64,000 nucleotides of DNA, from the NCBI GenBank assembly GCA_964487735.1, contig CAZASJ010000002.1:36362-100361 (forward strand), given 5' to 3'. Below, in pieces: positions 28,993 through 38,296 of this stretch. Within the stretch, counting starts at the first letter, position 1; the number at the start of each line of letters is the position of its first letter. The DNA comes from an uncultured Bacteroidales bacterium. GTDB lineage: Bacteria; Bacteroidota; Bacteroidia; Bacteroidales; B18-G4. The notes beneath the pieces were generated by a model, which had not been told where the DNA came from, did no database searches, and saw only the letters and a program-made list of their open reading frames with translations. The position numbers were made by a program, and so were the translations under genes.

Positions 28993-30306
28993 TTATTTGC
29001 CAATGGCAAAATATATAAATCCTGCAGCATCGAGTTCCTCTTTGTCATAAATGTTCCGCCCATCAAATACAGCCGGATATTTCATCATGCTTTTCATCCT
29101 GTTCAGATCGGGAACCCTGAATTCTTTCCATTCTGTAACCAATAAGAGGCAATCAGCATCCTTCAGTACAGCATACTGGTCTTCAAGTAATTCTATTTTG
29201 TCGCCAAGCAGTCGTTTTGCTTCATCAAGAGCCACAGGATCGTAGGCCGAAACCTCACATCCGGCCTGGAGGAAAAGATCAATAAGGACGCGTGAAGGGG
29301 CTTCCCTCATGTCATCTGTTTGCGGTTTGAATGACAATCCCCAGATGGCAATTTTTCTTCCTTTCAGGGCATCATTGAAATGAGCTTTAACTTTATTGAA
29401 AAGCACTTCTTTTTGTGCATCATTAACCTCTTCAACGGCTTTTAGCAGGTTCATAATGAACTTATTGTCACTGGCCGTTTTGATCAGGGCTTTTACATCC
29501 TTTGGAAAGCAGGATCCGCCATAGCCAATGCCCGGATAGATAAATTTGCTTCCGATCCTTGGATCACTGCCGATGCCTTTTCTTACCATTTCCACATTGG
29601 CACCGATAATCTCACAAAGATTGGCCATTTCATTCATGAAACTGATGCGTGTTGCCAGCATGGCATTGGCGGCATACTTTGTCATTTCAGCAGATGGAAT
29701 GTCCATAAAGATCAATGGATGTCCATTGAGTGTGAATGGTTTATAGAGTTTTTGCATGATCTTAACAGCCCTATCCGATTCAGTTCCGATCACGATGCGG
29801 TCAGGCTTCAGGAAATCCTGTATTGCGGCTCCCTCTTTGAGGAATTCCGGATTGGAGGCTACATCGAAGCGAAGCTTGCTGGCTCGTTTATCCAGTTCTG
29901 ATTGAACGGCTTTTCTGACTTTTTCTCCCGTGCCCACAGGGACTGTACTTTTGGTGGCAACAAGAATGTAATCGTTCATATTGGCTCCAACTTCACGGGC
30001 TACTTCCAGTACATATTTCAGGTCGGCACTGCCATCCTCATCAGGAGGGGTGCCTACGGCAATAAAGATTACTTCACAATTTTTAAGTGTTGAGGCCAGA
30101 TCAGTCGTAAAATGCAGTCTTCCTTTTTCCACATTCCGGCTTATCATGGCATCAAGTCCCGGTTCATATATGGGTACGATCCCCTTTTTGAGGCCTTCGA
30201 TCTTCTGCTTATCGACATCAACACAGTTGACTTCTATGCCAACTTCTGCAAAGCATGTACCTGTAACCAGACCAACATATCCTGAACCTACAATTGTAAT
30301 TTTCAT
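28993..30306 (-). CDS. ugd: UDP-glucose 6-dehydrogenase
   Basis: 437 aa. Begins [16 protein letters not shown] and contains the GGSCFPKD catalytic Cys motif. Confidence 0.93.
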   Translation of the reverse strand: MKITIVGSGYVGLVTGTCFAEVGIEVNCVDVDKQKIEGLKKGIVPIYEPGLDAMISRNVEKGRLHFTTDLASTLKNCEVIFIAVGTPPDEDGSADLKYVLEVAREVGANMNDYILVATKSTVPVGTGEKVRKAVQSELDKRASKLRFDVASNPEFLKEGAAIQDFLKPDRIVIGTESDRAVKIMQKLYKPFTLNGHPLIFMDIPSAEMTKYAANAMLATRISFMNEMANLCEIIGANVEMVRKGIGSDPRIGSKFIYPGIGYGGSCFPKDVKALIKTASDNKFIMNLLKAVEEVNDAQKEVLFNKVKAHFNDALKGRKIAIWGLSFKPQTDDMREAPSRVLIDLFLQAGCEVSAYDPVALDEAKRLLGDKIELLEDQYAVLKDADCLLLVTEWKEFRVPDLNRMKSMMKYPAVFDGRNIYDKEELDAAGFIYFAIGK

Positions 30307-30370
30307 ATGAGAATTCTACTGTTTTTATAATCAATATTAGAGGTGGTAAAGATAGGGAATTCTTCCTTTA

Positions 30371-30405
30371 TGAATTATGAATAATGGATTATGGATTATG
30401 GATGG
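30371..30405. repeat. Tandem heptanucleotide array, 5 units (TGAATTA TGAATAA TGGATTA TGGATTA TGGATGG)
   Basis: Read directly. Lies 65-99 nt upstream of the ugd start codon. Confidence 0.85.
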
Positions 30406-30467
30406 GGTGCGAGATACCAGCTACCCGCTGCGGAAGATAAATCAATCTGCCTTTTTGCCAGGGTGTT

Positions 30468-31844
30468 TTATTGCTTGATCAGCTTCAGGTTCGCGTTGGT
30501 ATAATTATTTGAAACATGCACAATCAGGATTCCCTTTGGCAGATTTAGCATTTCGAGTTGAAAATAGTCCTGCTTGTAGGCAGTGTGTACAGCAAGCTGT
30601 TTTCCTGACATATCAAAAACCCGGATCATTGTTTTAGTATCGAAAGGGAATTCGATCCTGCTCATATTGATTGCAGGGTTAGGATATGCAGAAATGGCAG
30701 CTGTAGCCCCATTAAGATCCTGGATGCCGGTAACATCAGTATAATAATAATGCTTTAAGATATGATCCGGATGCATGAAGTAATCAGGTTGAACCAACCA
30801 GCTCATCAATACTGAATCCAGGGTATAATTATCCTCATTGCACCAATAGGTTTCCTCCCGGACAATGGAATCATTGTTATTTTGGTTTATTGAATAAGTA
30901 AATACATAGTTAACGTATCCAGGGACTTTTGTGTGAATTTCATAGTAATTGATATTTTTCCATGCATTTTCAATATAAGTATCTTGATAATAATACCTTA
31001 GGGTGTCAGAATTGTAATTTGTCATTCTACTGTCTGGCTCAGGAATAGAGTCTGTAATATAGTAAGTTATTCTCTGGCTTTCATTCTCATTATACCAGAA
31101 TGTTGAATCAATATATAGCAAACTACTATCCTGGGCAGGAGGGTCATGGATATATGAATATGCTGTTACCAGCCTGTTTAAATCATCGTATTCCATGAGT
31201 TCTGTCCGCCAGGGATTTAAAGCATAAACAGTATCATTGTCAAAATAGGTTTTCCGAAAGATGATATTGTTATATTCATCCACATGCTGGATTACTTTAT
31301 TCACAGCTAATAATTCACCTTCAATAAGATTTAATGTTACACTTTGAATCATATTGTCATTTAAATCATATTCATATGAAGAAGATTGTATGATTTCCCA
31401 GGAGTTGTTTAATGTATCAAACCGGTAATTTGTTCTTTGGACAACCCTGTCATTTGAATTATGAACTGATATTTCATATTGGTTTAGATACCAGTCATTT
31501 AATTCCTGATCCCAAAGATATCTGTCATTTCGGATCCATTGATAATTAAGATAATAATAGCCTGACCCCCTTATCGGAATCCAGGTATCATTTTCCCTGG
31601 CATATTCAAATCGCTTATAAATATTTGTATCACCTCTGGTTTCTTCTTCATAGATGGTCAAATCAGCATTCATCCAGTTTTCCGGAAGATATTTTTCAAA
31701 AACAATCATTGAATCCAGCCTGTAATCTTCAACAAGAAAAATATTTAATGAATCAGAACTTTTCAACTGATCATTTATCCTTATTTGTGCAAACAGGCTT
31801 GTTGAAAATAATGCCAGAACGAAAAAGGGTAGAAAGTTTCTCAT
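30468..31844 (-). CDS. T9SS-sorted secreted protein rich in N/Y/D/W repeats, unknown function
   Basis: 458 aa. Signal peptide MRNFLPFFVLALFSTSLFAQ. Repeated W/Y-rich modules of YD-repeat flavour. C-terminal AYPNPAINMSRIEF...GILIVHV. Confidence 0.7.
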   Translation of the reverse strand: MRNFLPFFVLALFSTSLFAQIRINDQLKSSDSLNIFLVEDYRLDSMIVFEKYLPENWMNADLTIYEEETRGDTNIYKRFEYARENDTWIPIRGSGYYYLNYQWIRNDRYLWDQELNDWYLNQYEISVHNSNDRVVQRTNYRFDTLNNSWEIIQSSSYEYDLNDNMIQSVTLNLIEGELLAVNKVIQHVDEYNNIIFRKTYFDNDTVYALNPWRTELMEYDDLNRLVTAYSYIHDPPAQDSSLLYIDSTFWYNENESQRITYYITDSIPEPDSRMTNYNSDTLRYYYQDTYIENAWKNINYYEIHTKVPGYVNYVFTYSINQNNNDSIVREETYWCNEDNYTLDSVLMSWLVQPDYFMHPDHILKHYYYTDVTGIQDLNGATAAISAYPNPAINMSRIEFPFDTKTMIRVFDMSGKQLAVHTAYKQDYFQLEMLNLPKGILIVHVSNNYTNANLKLIKQ

Positions 31845-31909
31845 GATGATGGTTTTTGTGATTTAATGCTAACATTCCCAAGATTATGCCAAAATATCAA
31901 AGATAATTT

Positions 31910-31930
31910 TGAATTATGGATCAGGATGGG
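31910..31930. repeat. Short heptamer array of the same family as 30371-30405 (TGAATTA TGGATCA GGATGGG)
   Basis: Read directly. Lies 66-86 nt upstream of the start codon at 31844. Confidence 0.6.
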
Positions 31931-31999
31931 CTATGATGTACCAGGCTATTAAATTACATAGCCATTTAAGCATTCAACAATTTACTCAATCATTGTTAA

Positions 32000-32476
32000 C
32001 TAATAATGTATATCCATTCCACTCTCGCTCCATTCCTTAAATGCTTCGATTGCTTCATCGCGCATTTTATTGATGAAGGGGATTTTTCTATCTTTCGGTA
32101 AGCGCTCAATTTCTTCATAGATGAAGTCATCATCGAATCCTGAATTTGCGGCGTCTTTACGTGTACCTGCATAATAGACACGATCGGGGCGAGCCCAGTA
32201 AATGGCTCCAAGGCACATGGGGCATGGTTCGCAGCTGGAGTAGATTTCACATCCTTCCAATTGATAGGTCTTCAGTGCTTTGCATGCACGACGTATGGCC
32301 AAAACTTCTGCATGTGCTGTAGGATCGTCGGTGGATGTAACTTCGTTCATGGCCGTAGAAATGATCTTTCCATTCTTTACTACCACTGCTCCAAAGGGGC
32401 CGCCTTTTCTCTGCCTTGTATTCTCTCTGGCCAATTCAATGGCTTCCTTCATGAATTTCGGATCGTACTTTTCCAT
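32000..32476 (-). CDS. Nucleoside/nucleotide deaminase (CMP/dCMP deaminase zinc-binding fold; guanine or tRNA-adenosine deaminase-like)
   Basis: 158 aa. Zinc motifs HAEVLAI and PCPMCLGAI. Confidence 0.8.
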   Translation of the reverse strand: MEKYDPKFMKEAIELARENTRQRKGGPFGAVVVKNGKIISTAMNEVTSTDDPTAHAEVLAIRRACKALKTYQLEGCEIYSSCEPCPMCLGAIYWARPDRVYYAGTRKDAANSGFDDDFIYEEIERLPKDRKIPFINKMRDEAIEAFKEWSESGMDIHY

Positions 32477-33165
32477 TATCTCAAATAATTATTCCAGTTT
32501 CCTTTAAAAGTTGGTTGAGAAACTGATTTCTCCAATTGTTCCATAAACTCTTTCCTGGCCAGGTTTATTGCCCCCAGGCTTCTCATATGATCCGTATCCT
32601 GTTGCACATCTATCAGGTCAAACTCCCAGGCCCTAAGCAATTCAACCAGGTGGTAAAGAGCAAATTTTGATGCATCCGTTTTTGTATGGAACATCGATTC
32701 ACCAAAAAATACCTTTCCAAGCGACACGCCATACAATCCACCTACCAGTTCCCCTTTAAATCTGGTTTCCACAGAGTGTGCAAAACCTTCCTTATGCAGC
32801 ATAATATATGCCTTGAGCATGTCATTTGTGATCCAGGTCCCATCTTGTCCCCTGCGGGGGATGGCCGCACAATGCTGTATCACCTTAACAAAATCACTGT
32901 CGAAGCTAATGCTGTATTTTTCGCTTTTGATGAGCTGCTTCAGGCTTTTCGATATTTTTAATTTATCTGGATACAACACCATACGAGGATCAGGAGCCCA
33001 CCACATGAGGGGGGCCCCTTTCATAGGCCATGGGAAAATGCCGTTGGCATACGCAAGGATCAGTCTGTCTACCGACAAATCTCCTCCAATTGCCAGGATC
33101 CCTTCTTCTTCAGCATACGAAGGATCAGGGAAGACAAGTTCTTTATTTAACCTGTAAATCGGCAT
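32476..33165 (-). CDS. aat: Leucyl/phenylalanyl-tRNA--protein transferase
   Basis: 229 aa. Contains GILAIGGDLSVDRLILAYANGIFPW, WWAPDPR and GESMFH. Confidence 0.9.
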   Translation of the reverse strand: MPIYRLNKELVFPDPSYAEEEGILAIGGDLSVDRLILAYANGIFPWPMKGAPLMWWAPDPRMVLYPDKLKISKSLKQLIKSEKYSISFDSDFVKVIQHCAAIPRRGQDGTWITNDMLKAYIMLHKEGFAHSVETRFKGELVGGLYGVSLGKVFFGESMFHTKTDASKFALYHLVELLRAWEFDLIDVQQDTDHMRSLGAINLARKEFMEQLEKSVSQPTFKGNWNNYLR

Positions 33166-33172
33166 ACAAAAA

Positions 33173-34363
33173 CTATATTTTATTCAGGCATTTGATAATT
33201 GCATCGGCTGTTTCTTCAACTTGTTCAGGAGTGATGATAAGGGGAGGAGCGATACGGAATGCGGAAGGCATAAAGAGAAAGCGATCGGTGATCAGACCTT
33301 CTTCCACAAACAATTCCACTAGTTTATTGGTGGCCTCAAGATTGTGGAGCTCAACAGCCATCATCAGGCCTTGATATCTGATTTCCTTAATGACAGGATG
33401 CCCTTTCAGCCTTTCAAAAAACTGCTGTCCACGTTCGTTTGCAGCCTGAATGAGTCCGTTGTTAAGGATCACTTCAAGGTTTGCCAGAGCTGCAGCACAG
33501 GAAACGGGATGTCCGCCAAAGGTGGTGATATGTCCAAGTGCAGGATTAAATGTAAGCTCATCCATGATCTGCCTTGAACTGATAAAGGCTCCCGTTGGCA
33601 TTCCACCACCCATTCCTTTGGCCAGGCAAAGAATATCCGGAACGATTCCCGAATGCTCGAAGCTGAAAAGTTTTCCGGTCCTTCCGAATCCCATCTGTAT
33701 GTCGTCAACTATCATCAAAGCGCCTGTTTCATCGCATTTCTTTCTAACATTCTGTATGAATCCGGAGGAGGGAAGGATGATCCCAGCCTCTGCCTGTATG
33801 CATTCCAGCACTACGCAAGCTGTTTTTGTACTGATCTCTTCCAGCATTGCATTCTTATTGTATTCCAGGAACCTGATATCAGGGATAAGAGGCCGGAATG
33901 CCTGCTTAAGTTTCTCATTTCCAAGAATACTGAGAGCCCCGGCTGTACCTCCGTGATAAGCATTTTTGAAGGCAATGATTTCCGTTCGCCCGCTATGACG
34001 TTTTGCGAGCTTTAATGCTCCTTCGATGGCTTCGCTGCCCGAATTTACAAAGTAAACTGCTGTTAGTGGTTCAGGTAATTGAGAAGCCAGTTTTGCTGCC
34101 AGTCTTACCTGTGGGGATTGGATGTATTCACCATACACCATCAGGTGCATATATTTTTCAAGCTGATCATGGATTGCCTGTATCACCTTTGGGTGGCGAT
34201 GCCCAACATTGCTCACTGCAACTCCGGAAACCAGGTCTGTATAACGCTTACCATTCGTGTCATAAAAATATATGCCTTCCGCCTTTTCGACTTCAATGGC
34301 CAGTGGCGTATGGGAGGGGAGTCCCATATGCTTGAAATAGAGTTCTCTCAATCTTGACATCAT
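33173..34363 (-). CDS. Class III PLP-dependent aminotransferase (acetylornithine aminotransferase-like)
   Basis: 396 aa. Contains NSGSEA, DDIQMGFGRTGKLF and LAKGMGGG (PLP Lys context). Confidence 0.85.
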   Translation of the reverse strand: MMSRLRELYFKHMGLPSHTPLAIEVEKAEGIYFYDTNGKRYTDLVSGVAVSNVGHRHPKVIQAIHDQLEKYMHLMVYGEYIQSPQVRLAAKLASQLPEPLTAVYFVNSGSEAIEGALKLAKRHSGRTEIIAFKNAYHGGTAGALSILGNEKLKQAFRPLIPDIRFLEYNKNAMLEEISTKTACVVLECIQAEAGIILPSSGFIQNVRKKCDETGALMIVDDIQMGFGRTGKLFSFEHSGIVPDILCLAKGMGGGMPTGAFISSRQIMDELTFNPALGHITTFGGHPVSCAAALANLEVILNNGLIQAANERGQQFFERLKGHPVIKEIRYQGLMMAVELHNLEATNKLVELFVEEGLITDRFLFMPSAFRIAPPLIITPEQVEETADAIIKCLNKI

Positions 34364-34459
34364 CTACTGCTTTATATATACAAATGTAAGGAAAGATGTT
34401 AGTTATTTTGTTCATAAAATTATGCATGCTCTAATAAAATTTACGTTATACTTGCACAC

Positions 34460-35278
34460 ATGCATATGAAATTCAAAGACAAAGTGGTTATCATTACAGG
34501 GGCATCCTCAGGGATCGGCAAGGCCCTTGCAATGGAGTTTGCCGGAATGGGCGCAAAAATAGTTATGGCCGCCCGCAATGAAAAACGGCTTAATGAAGCC
34601 ATGGAAGATGTTAAAGCTGTTGGCGCGGAGGTCATTGGGGTTTCTACAGATGTTTCTGTGGAAGAAGATTGTAAATTGCTCATCGATAAAGCAGTAGAGA
34701 AGTTTTCTGCTATTGATATTTTGATCAATAATGCGGGCATATCCATGCGGGCGGTATTTGAAGATACTGAGCTGGATGTCCTCAAACGATTGATGGATAT
34801 TAACTTTTGGGGCACTGTGTATTGTACAAAATTTGCGCTTCCATATTTATTAAAAAGCAAAGGGAGCGTGGTTGGGGTATCATCCATCGCCGGCTACAAA
34901 GGGCTTCCGGGACGAACCGGTTATTCATCATCAAAATTTGCTATTCATGGATTCCTGGAGACCTTGCGAATAGAAAATATGAAGAAGGACCTGCATGTGC
35001 TGATCGCATGTCCCGGGTTTACGGCTTCAAATATCAGAAATACTGCACTGAATGAAAAAGGGGAGATGCAGGGCGAATCACCAAGGGATGAAGGCAAGAT
35101 GATGAGTGCCGAAGAAGTTGCAAGGCACATTGCCAGGGCAATCTCAAAGCGTAAAGACAGACTTACGCTTACTTTTCAGGGAAAGATGACTGTATTGCTC
35201 AATAAGTTTTTTCCTAAGTTTTTAGACAAACAAGTATATAATCATATGGCTAAAGAGCCTGATTCACCATTTAAATAA
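34460..35278 (+). CDS. Short-chain dehydrogenase/reductase (SDR) family oxidoreductase
   Basis: 272 aa. Contains ITGASSGIGKALA, NNAG and YSSSKFAIHG. Confidence 0.9.
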   Translation: MHMKFKDKVVIITGASSGIGKALAMEFAGMGAKIVMAARNEKRLNEAMEDVKAVGAEVIGVSTDVSVEEDCKLLIDKAVEKFSAIDILINNAGISMRAVFEDTELDVLKRLMDINFWGTVYCTKFALPYLLKSKGSVVGVSSIAGYKGLPGRTGYSSSKFAIHGFLETLRIENMKKDLHVLIACPGFTASNIRNTALNEKGEMQGESPRDEGKMMSAEEVARHIARAISKRKDRLTLTFQGKMTVLLNKFFPKFLDKQVYNHMAKEPDSPFK

Positions 35279-35284
35279 GTAAAT

Positions 35285-35743
35285 ATGAAAAACCTTGTAC
35301 CTGAGATCAAGCCGAAGGAAGGCTTCGGAGACTTGAAATTCGGTGAAATTTCCGAACATGTGATCGAAATTCTGGGAGAACCGGAAGAATTTGAAAATTT
35401 TGAAGATGACGATGAATTCAATACAACGATATTAAACTACTGGGAAATTGGCCTTTCTGTGTTTTTTGAAGGCACCGAGAAATCAGTGGTTTCCTGCTTT
35501 GAGACCGATATACCCGAATCTACCCTTTATGGCAAGAAGGTATTCGAGATGGATGAAAAATCCGTGATTGCCCTGATGAAGGAAAAAGGCTTTGAAGTTG
35601 AAGAAATAGAAGAAGATCCCAGTGGTGAACGCCGTATTTCGTATGACGATGCCCTTATCGATTTCTTTTTCCATGATGATGAACTGATTGCCGTGAATTG
35701 GGGTGTTCTCATTAATCAAAAAGGCGAAATAGAAGAGTTTTAG
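35285..35743 (+). CDS. Acidic cytoplasmic hypothetical protein
   Basis: 152 aa with coding-like composition. No motif I recognise. Confidence 0.55.
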   Translation: MKNLVPEIKPKEGFGDLKFGEISEHVIEILGEPEEFENFEDDDEFNTTILNYWEIGLSVFFEGTEKSVVSCFETDIPESTLYGKKVFEMDEKSVIALMKEKGFEVEEIEEDPSGERRISYDDALIDFFFHDDELIAVNWGVLINQKGEIEEF

Positions 35744-35747
35744 TATT

Positions 35748-36647
35748 CTAACTCCTCGGGTGATACATCTGAATGGTACTTTTCAGATATTCCCTGTCAA
35801 GATGTGTATAAATTTCGGTGGTAATGATGGATTCATGCCCAAGCATTTCCTGTACAGCCCTGAGGTCCGCACCTCCTTCAACAAGGTGAGTGGCAAATGA
35901 ATGGCGAAAAGTATGCGGACTGATGCTTTTGCGAATCCCTGCTTTTTGGCCAAGATCCTTCACGATCAGGAAGATCATTGTTCTGCTTAGCCTTCCGCCT
36001 CTTCGGTTAAGAAAAACAATATCCCCATCATTTTTTCCGGCTTGAACCAGATTCCTGCTATTTTCCAGGTAGAGCTTGATATGCTTAACAGCGGTATTGC
36101 CAATTGGAACCAGCCTTTCCTTATTCCCTTTTCCAATGACTTTAATGAACATATCCCGAAAAAAGATGTCGGTGATCCTCAGGTTAGTGAGTTCTGAAAC
36201 CCGCAAGCCACATCCATAGAGGGTTTCAAGGATGGCTTTATTGCGTTCCCCTTCAGGGAGGCTCATGTCAATGGCATTAATAACTTTATCAACTTCCTCT
36301 TTTGATAAGGTATCAGGCAGTTTTCGGCCTGGCCTAGGAGCTTCAAGCATGCTTGCAGGATCTTTTGTGATGATGCTTTCAAGATATAAATATTTGAAAA
36401 AGGCTTTAAGTCCGGAAATGATCCTTGCCTGTGTCCTGGCACTCAATCCAATTTCGTTGATCTGCTTAATAAAAAGCTGAAGGTCGGCAAGATCCAGATC
36501 CGATGCTCTATTCTTATTGATGTATGCTTCTTCAAAGGCAGCAAGCTTTGCCACATCATTTAGATAGGCTTCCACGGAATTGGCCGAAAGCGATTTTTCA
36601 AGCTTCAGATATGCCTTAAATCCTGAAATGAGTGGAGGCCAGTTCAT
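35748..36647 (-). CDS. xerD: Site-specific tyrosine recombinase XerD
   Basis: 299 aa. N-terminal SAM-like domain. Catalytic region contains GLRVSEL, HTFRHSFATHL, LGHESIITTEIYTH. Confidence 0.88.
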   Translation of the reverse strand: MNWPPLISGFKAYLKLEKSLSANSVEAYLNDVAKLAAFEEAYINKNRASDLDLADLQLFIKQINEIGLSARTQARIISGLKAFFKYLYLESIITKDPASMLEAPRPGRKLPDTLSKEEVDKVINAIDMSLPEGERNKAILETLYGCGLRVSELTNLRITDIFFRDMFIKVIGKGNKERLVPIGNTAVKHIKLYLENSRNLVQAGKNDGDIVFLNRRGGRLSRTMIFLIVKDLGQKAGIRKSISPHTFRHSFATHLVEGGADLRAVQEMLGHESIITTEIYTHLDREYLKSTIQMYHPRS

Positions 36648-36725
36648 GGCTTAAAGATAGGGAAATAGGAGATACGGATCTATTTTGAATATTGGCTAAA
36701 CATTGTGTAAAATATGCTAAGCTTC

Positions 36726-37742
36726 TTATGGTGCATTAAGTTCAAATGGATAGATCAGTTTCCAGTCGTTTTCCATATCAATGATGGTCCATCCTTTTTC
36801 AATAGCCTCATCAAGGCCCTTGTCGAGATGGCCTATTGCTGATTGCCTGTCATAAGCCCATTCCCTGATAGAATCCGTATGGTGCAAATAGAGCATGAAA
36901 TTTGCACCATCCCCCTGAGAAGTCCATTGCATCATGGCCAGGTCGCCATCGGAATTTCCTGAACAAAAAACCGGGCGTCGTCCAATAAACTTGTGAATGC
37001 CAATGGGCTTGCCTTCCTTATCATCAATAAAATCAATTTCTGGCAAGCGCTGTATCATGGCTATTCCATCTTTCAGCACAAATTCTGTTTTAATGCTGCT
37101 GCCTATTACCTGATCGTTGGGAATGCCATATGCTTCCTCCACCCAGGCCCGCATAAATTCCACACCGCCTCCGGAAACAATAAAAGTCTTGAATTCATTC
37201 TCACGCAAATAGGAAAGCAATTCAAGCATAGGCTGATATACCAGATCAGTATATGGCCTGTTGAAACGTGGATGCCTTGATTTTGAAAGCCATTCCTTCA
37301 CTATATCCTGAAATTCTTCAGTGTTCATTTCAGCATGGGTCGCCATTACGATCTCCAGAAGACCATGCGTACCATATCCCATCAATGCATTTATATCGTT
37401 TTCCAGTACTGCTTTGAATGGTTGCTCTGATTTCCACTCAGGATGCTCGGGTGCAAGCTCCTTAACGCGGTCAATGGCGAAAAACAATTGGAAATAGGCC
37501 GGTTGTTCCGACCAGAGATTTCCGTCATTGTCAAAAACAGCAATTCGATCCTGCACAGCAATGTAGTTTTGGCTTTCAGGATTGATGGCTTCCTCAACAA
37601 AATTGATTATGGATTGCTTTGTATTTCCTTCATTCCAGGATGGTAATGGATTGAAATGAATTTCTTCTTTTTCCTGTATATTTGTACAGGAAAATATCAC
37701 AGATATTATTGCGATAAAAGTGAATAAGCTTATCTTTTTCAT
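36726..37742 (-). CDS. Secreted HAD-superfamily hydrolase (HAD-IB-like)
   Basis: 338 aa with a signal peptide. Motif I-like FDNDGNLW, plus SGGGVEF and GNSDGD. Confidence 0.65.
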   Translation of the reverse strand: MKKISLFTFIAIISVIFSCTNIQEKEEIHFNPLPSWNEGNTKQSIINFVEEAINPESQNYIAVQDRIAVFDNDGNLWSEQPAYFQLFFAIDRVKELAPEHPEWKSEQPFKAVLENDINALMGYGTHGLLEIVMATHAEMNTEEFQDIVKEWLSKSRHPRFNRPYTDLVYQPMLELLSYLRENEFKTFIVSGGGVEFMRAWVEEAYGIPNDQVIGSSIKTEFVLKDGIAMIQRLPEIDFIDDKEGKPIGIHKFIGRRPVFCSGNSDGDLAMMQWTSQGDGANFMLYLHHTDSIREWAYDRQSAIGHLDKGLDEAIEKGWTIIDMENDWKLIYPFELNAP

Positions 37743-37814
37743 AATCTAAAATTAATAAATATTTCCTAATAACAGATGCCTCACACTTCATACCTTAAAT
37801 TATTTCCAATAAAG

Positions 37815-37846
37815 TTTTGATATTTAAATAAAGTCTTGTATTTTTG
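37815..37846 (+). promoter_or_regulatory. Candidate Bacteroidota promoter for rpmG (-33 TTTG at 37816-37819, -7 TATTTTTG at 37839-37846)
   Basis: TTTG, then 19 nt, then TATTTTTG. Matches the TTTG / TAnnTTTG consensus spacing. Lies 31 nt upstream of the rpmG ATG. Confidence 0.55.
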
Positions 37847-37876
37847 CACCCCGAAATTTATAGGAGAACCAGGAAA

Positions 37877-38065
37877 ATGGCTAAAAAATCGAAAGATCAA
37901 AGGGTGCAGGTAATTCTGGAGTGCACAGAGCATAAAACAAGCGGAATGCCGGGTACTTCAAGGTACATCACCACAAAGAACAAGAAAAACACGCCCGACA
38001 GGCTCGAGATTAAAAAATACAATCCGATCCTGAAGAAGATGACAGTTCATAAAGAAATTAAATAA
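37877..38065 (+). CDS. rpmG: 50S ribosomal protein L33
   Basis: [62 protein letters not shown]. The ORF-track start at 37844 lies inside the promoter, so the ATG at 37877 is preferred. Confidence 0.93.
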   Translation: MAKKSKDQRVQVILECTEHKTSGMPGTSRYITTKNKKNTPDRLEIKKYNPILKKMTVHKEIK

Positions 38066-38074
38066 TATTATACC

Positions 38075-38227
38075 ATGGCTAAGAAAGTAGTTGCTTCGTT
38101 ACAATCCCAAGGCAAAGATTTTGCCAAGGTTATCAGAATGGTGAAATCACCTAAATCTGGTGCTTATTCATTCAAGGAAAACATTATTCCTTCCGACTCG
38201 GTAAAGGAATTTTTATCAAAGAAATAA
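38075..38227 (+). CDS. Small conserved protein (DUF4295-like) that follows rpmG in Bacteroidota
   Basis: Below the ORF-track size cutoff. My translation is MAKKVVASLQSQGKDFAKVIRMVKSPKSGAYSFKENIIPSDSVKEFLSKK (50 aa). It starts 9 nt after the rpmG stop. Family recalled from memory. Confidence 0.7.
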   Translation: MAKKVVASLQSQGKDFAKVIRMVKSPKSGAYSFKENIIPSDSVKEFLSKK

Positions 38228-38248
38228 GTGATACATACCTCATAATTA

Positions 38249-38282
38249 AAGCTTTTTCCTTTAACGGAAGAAGCTTTTTTTA
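38249..38282 (+). terminator. Rho-independent terminator/attenuator between the r-protein genes and ftsY
   Basis: Stem AAGCTTTTTCC / GGAAGAAGCTT (11 bp, one mismatch), loop TTTAAC, then a T6 run. Ends about 15 nt before the ftsY ATG. Confidence 0.6.
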
Positions 38283-38296
38283 TAAATACATAGATT

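Noticed and set aside
35748-36647. Tyrosine recombinase as a marker of an integrated mobile element or invertible promoter
   Set aside because: The length, N-terminal SAM-like domain and catalytic motifs fit housekeeping XerD. The neighbours are ordinary chromosomal genes. I found no flanking inverted or direct repeats or tRNA gene.
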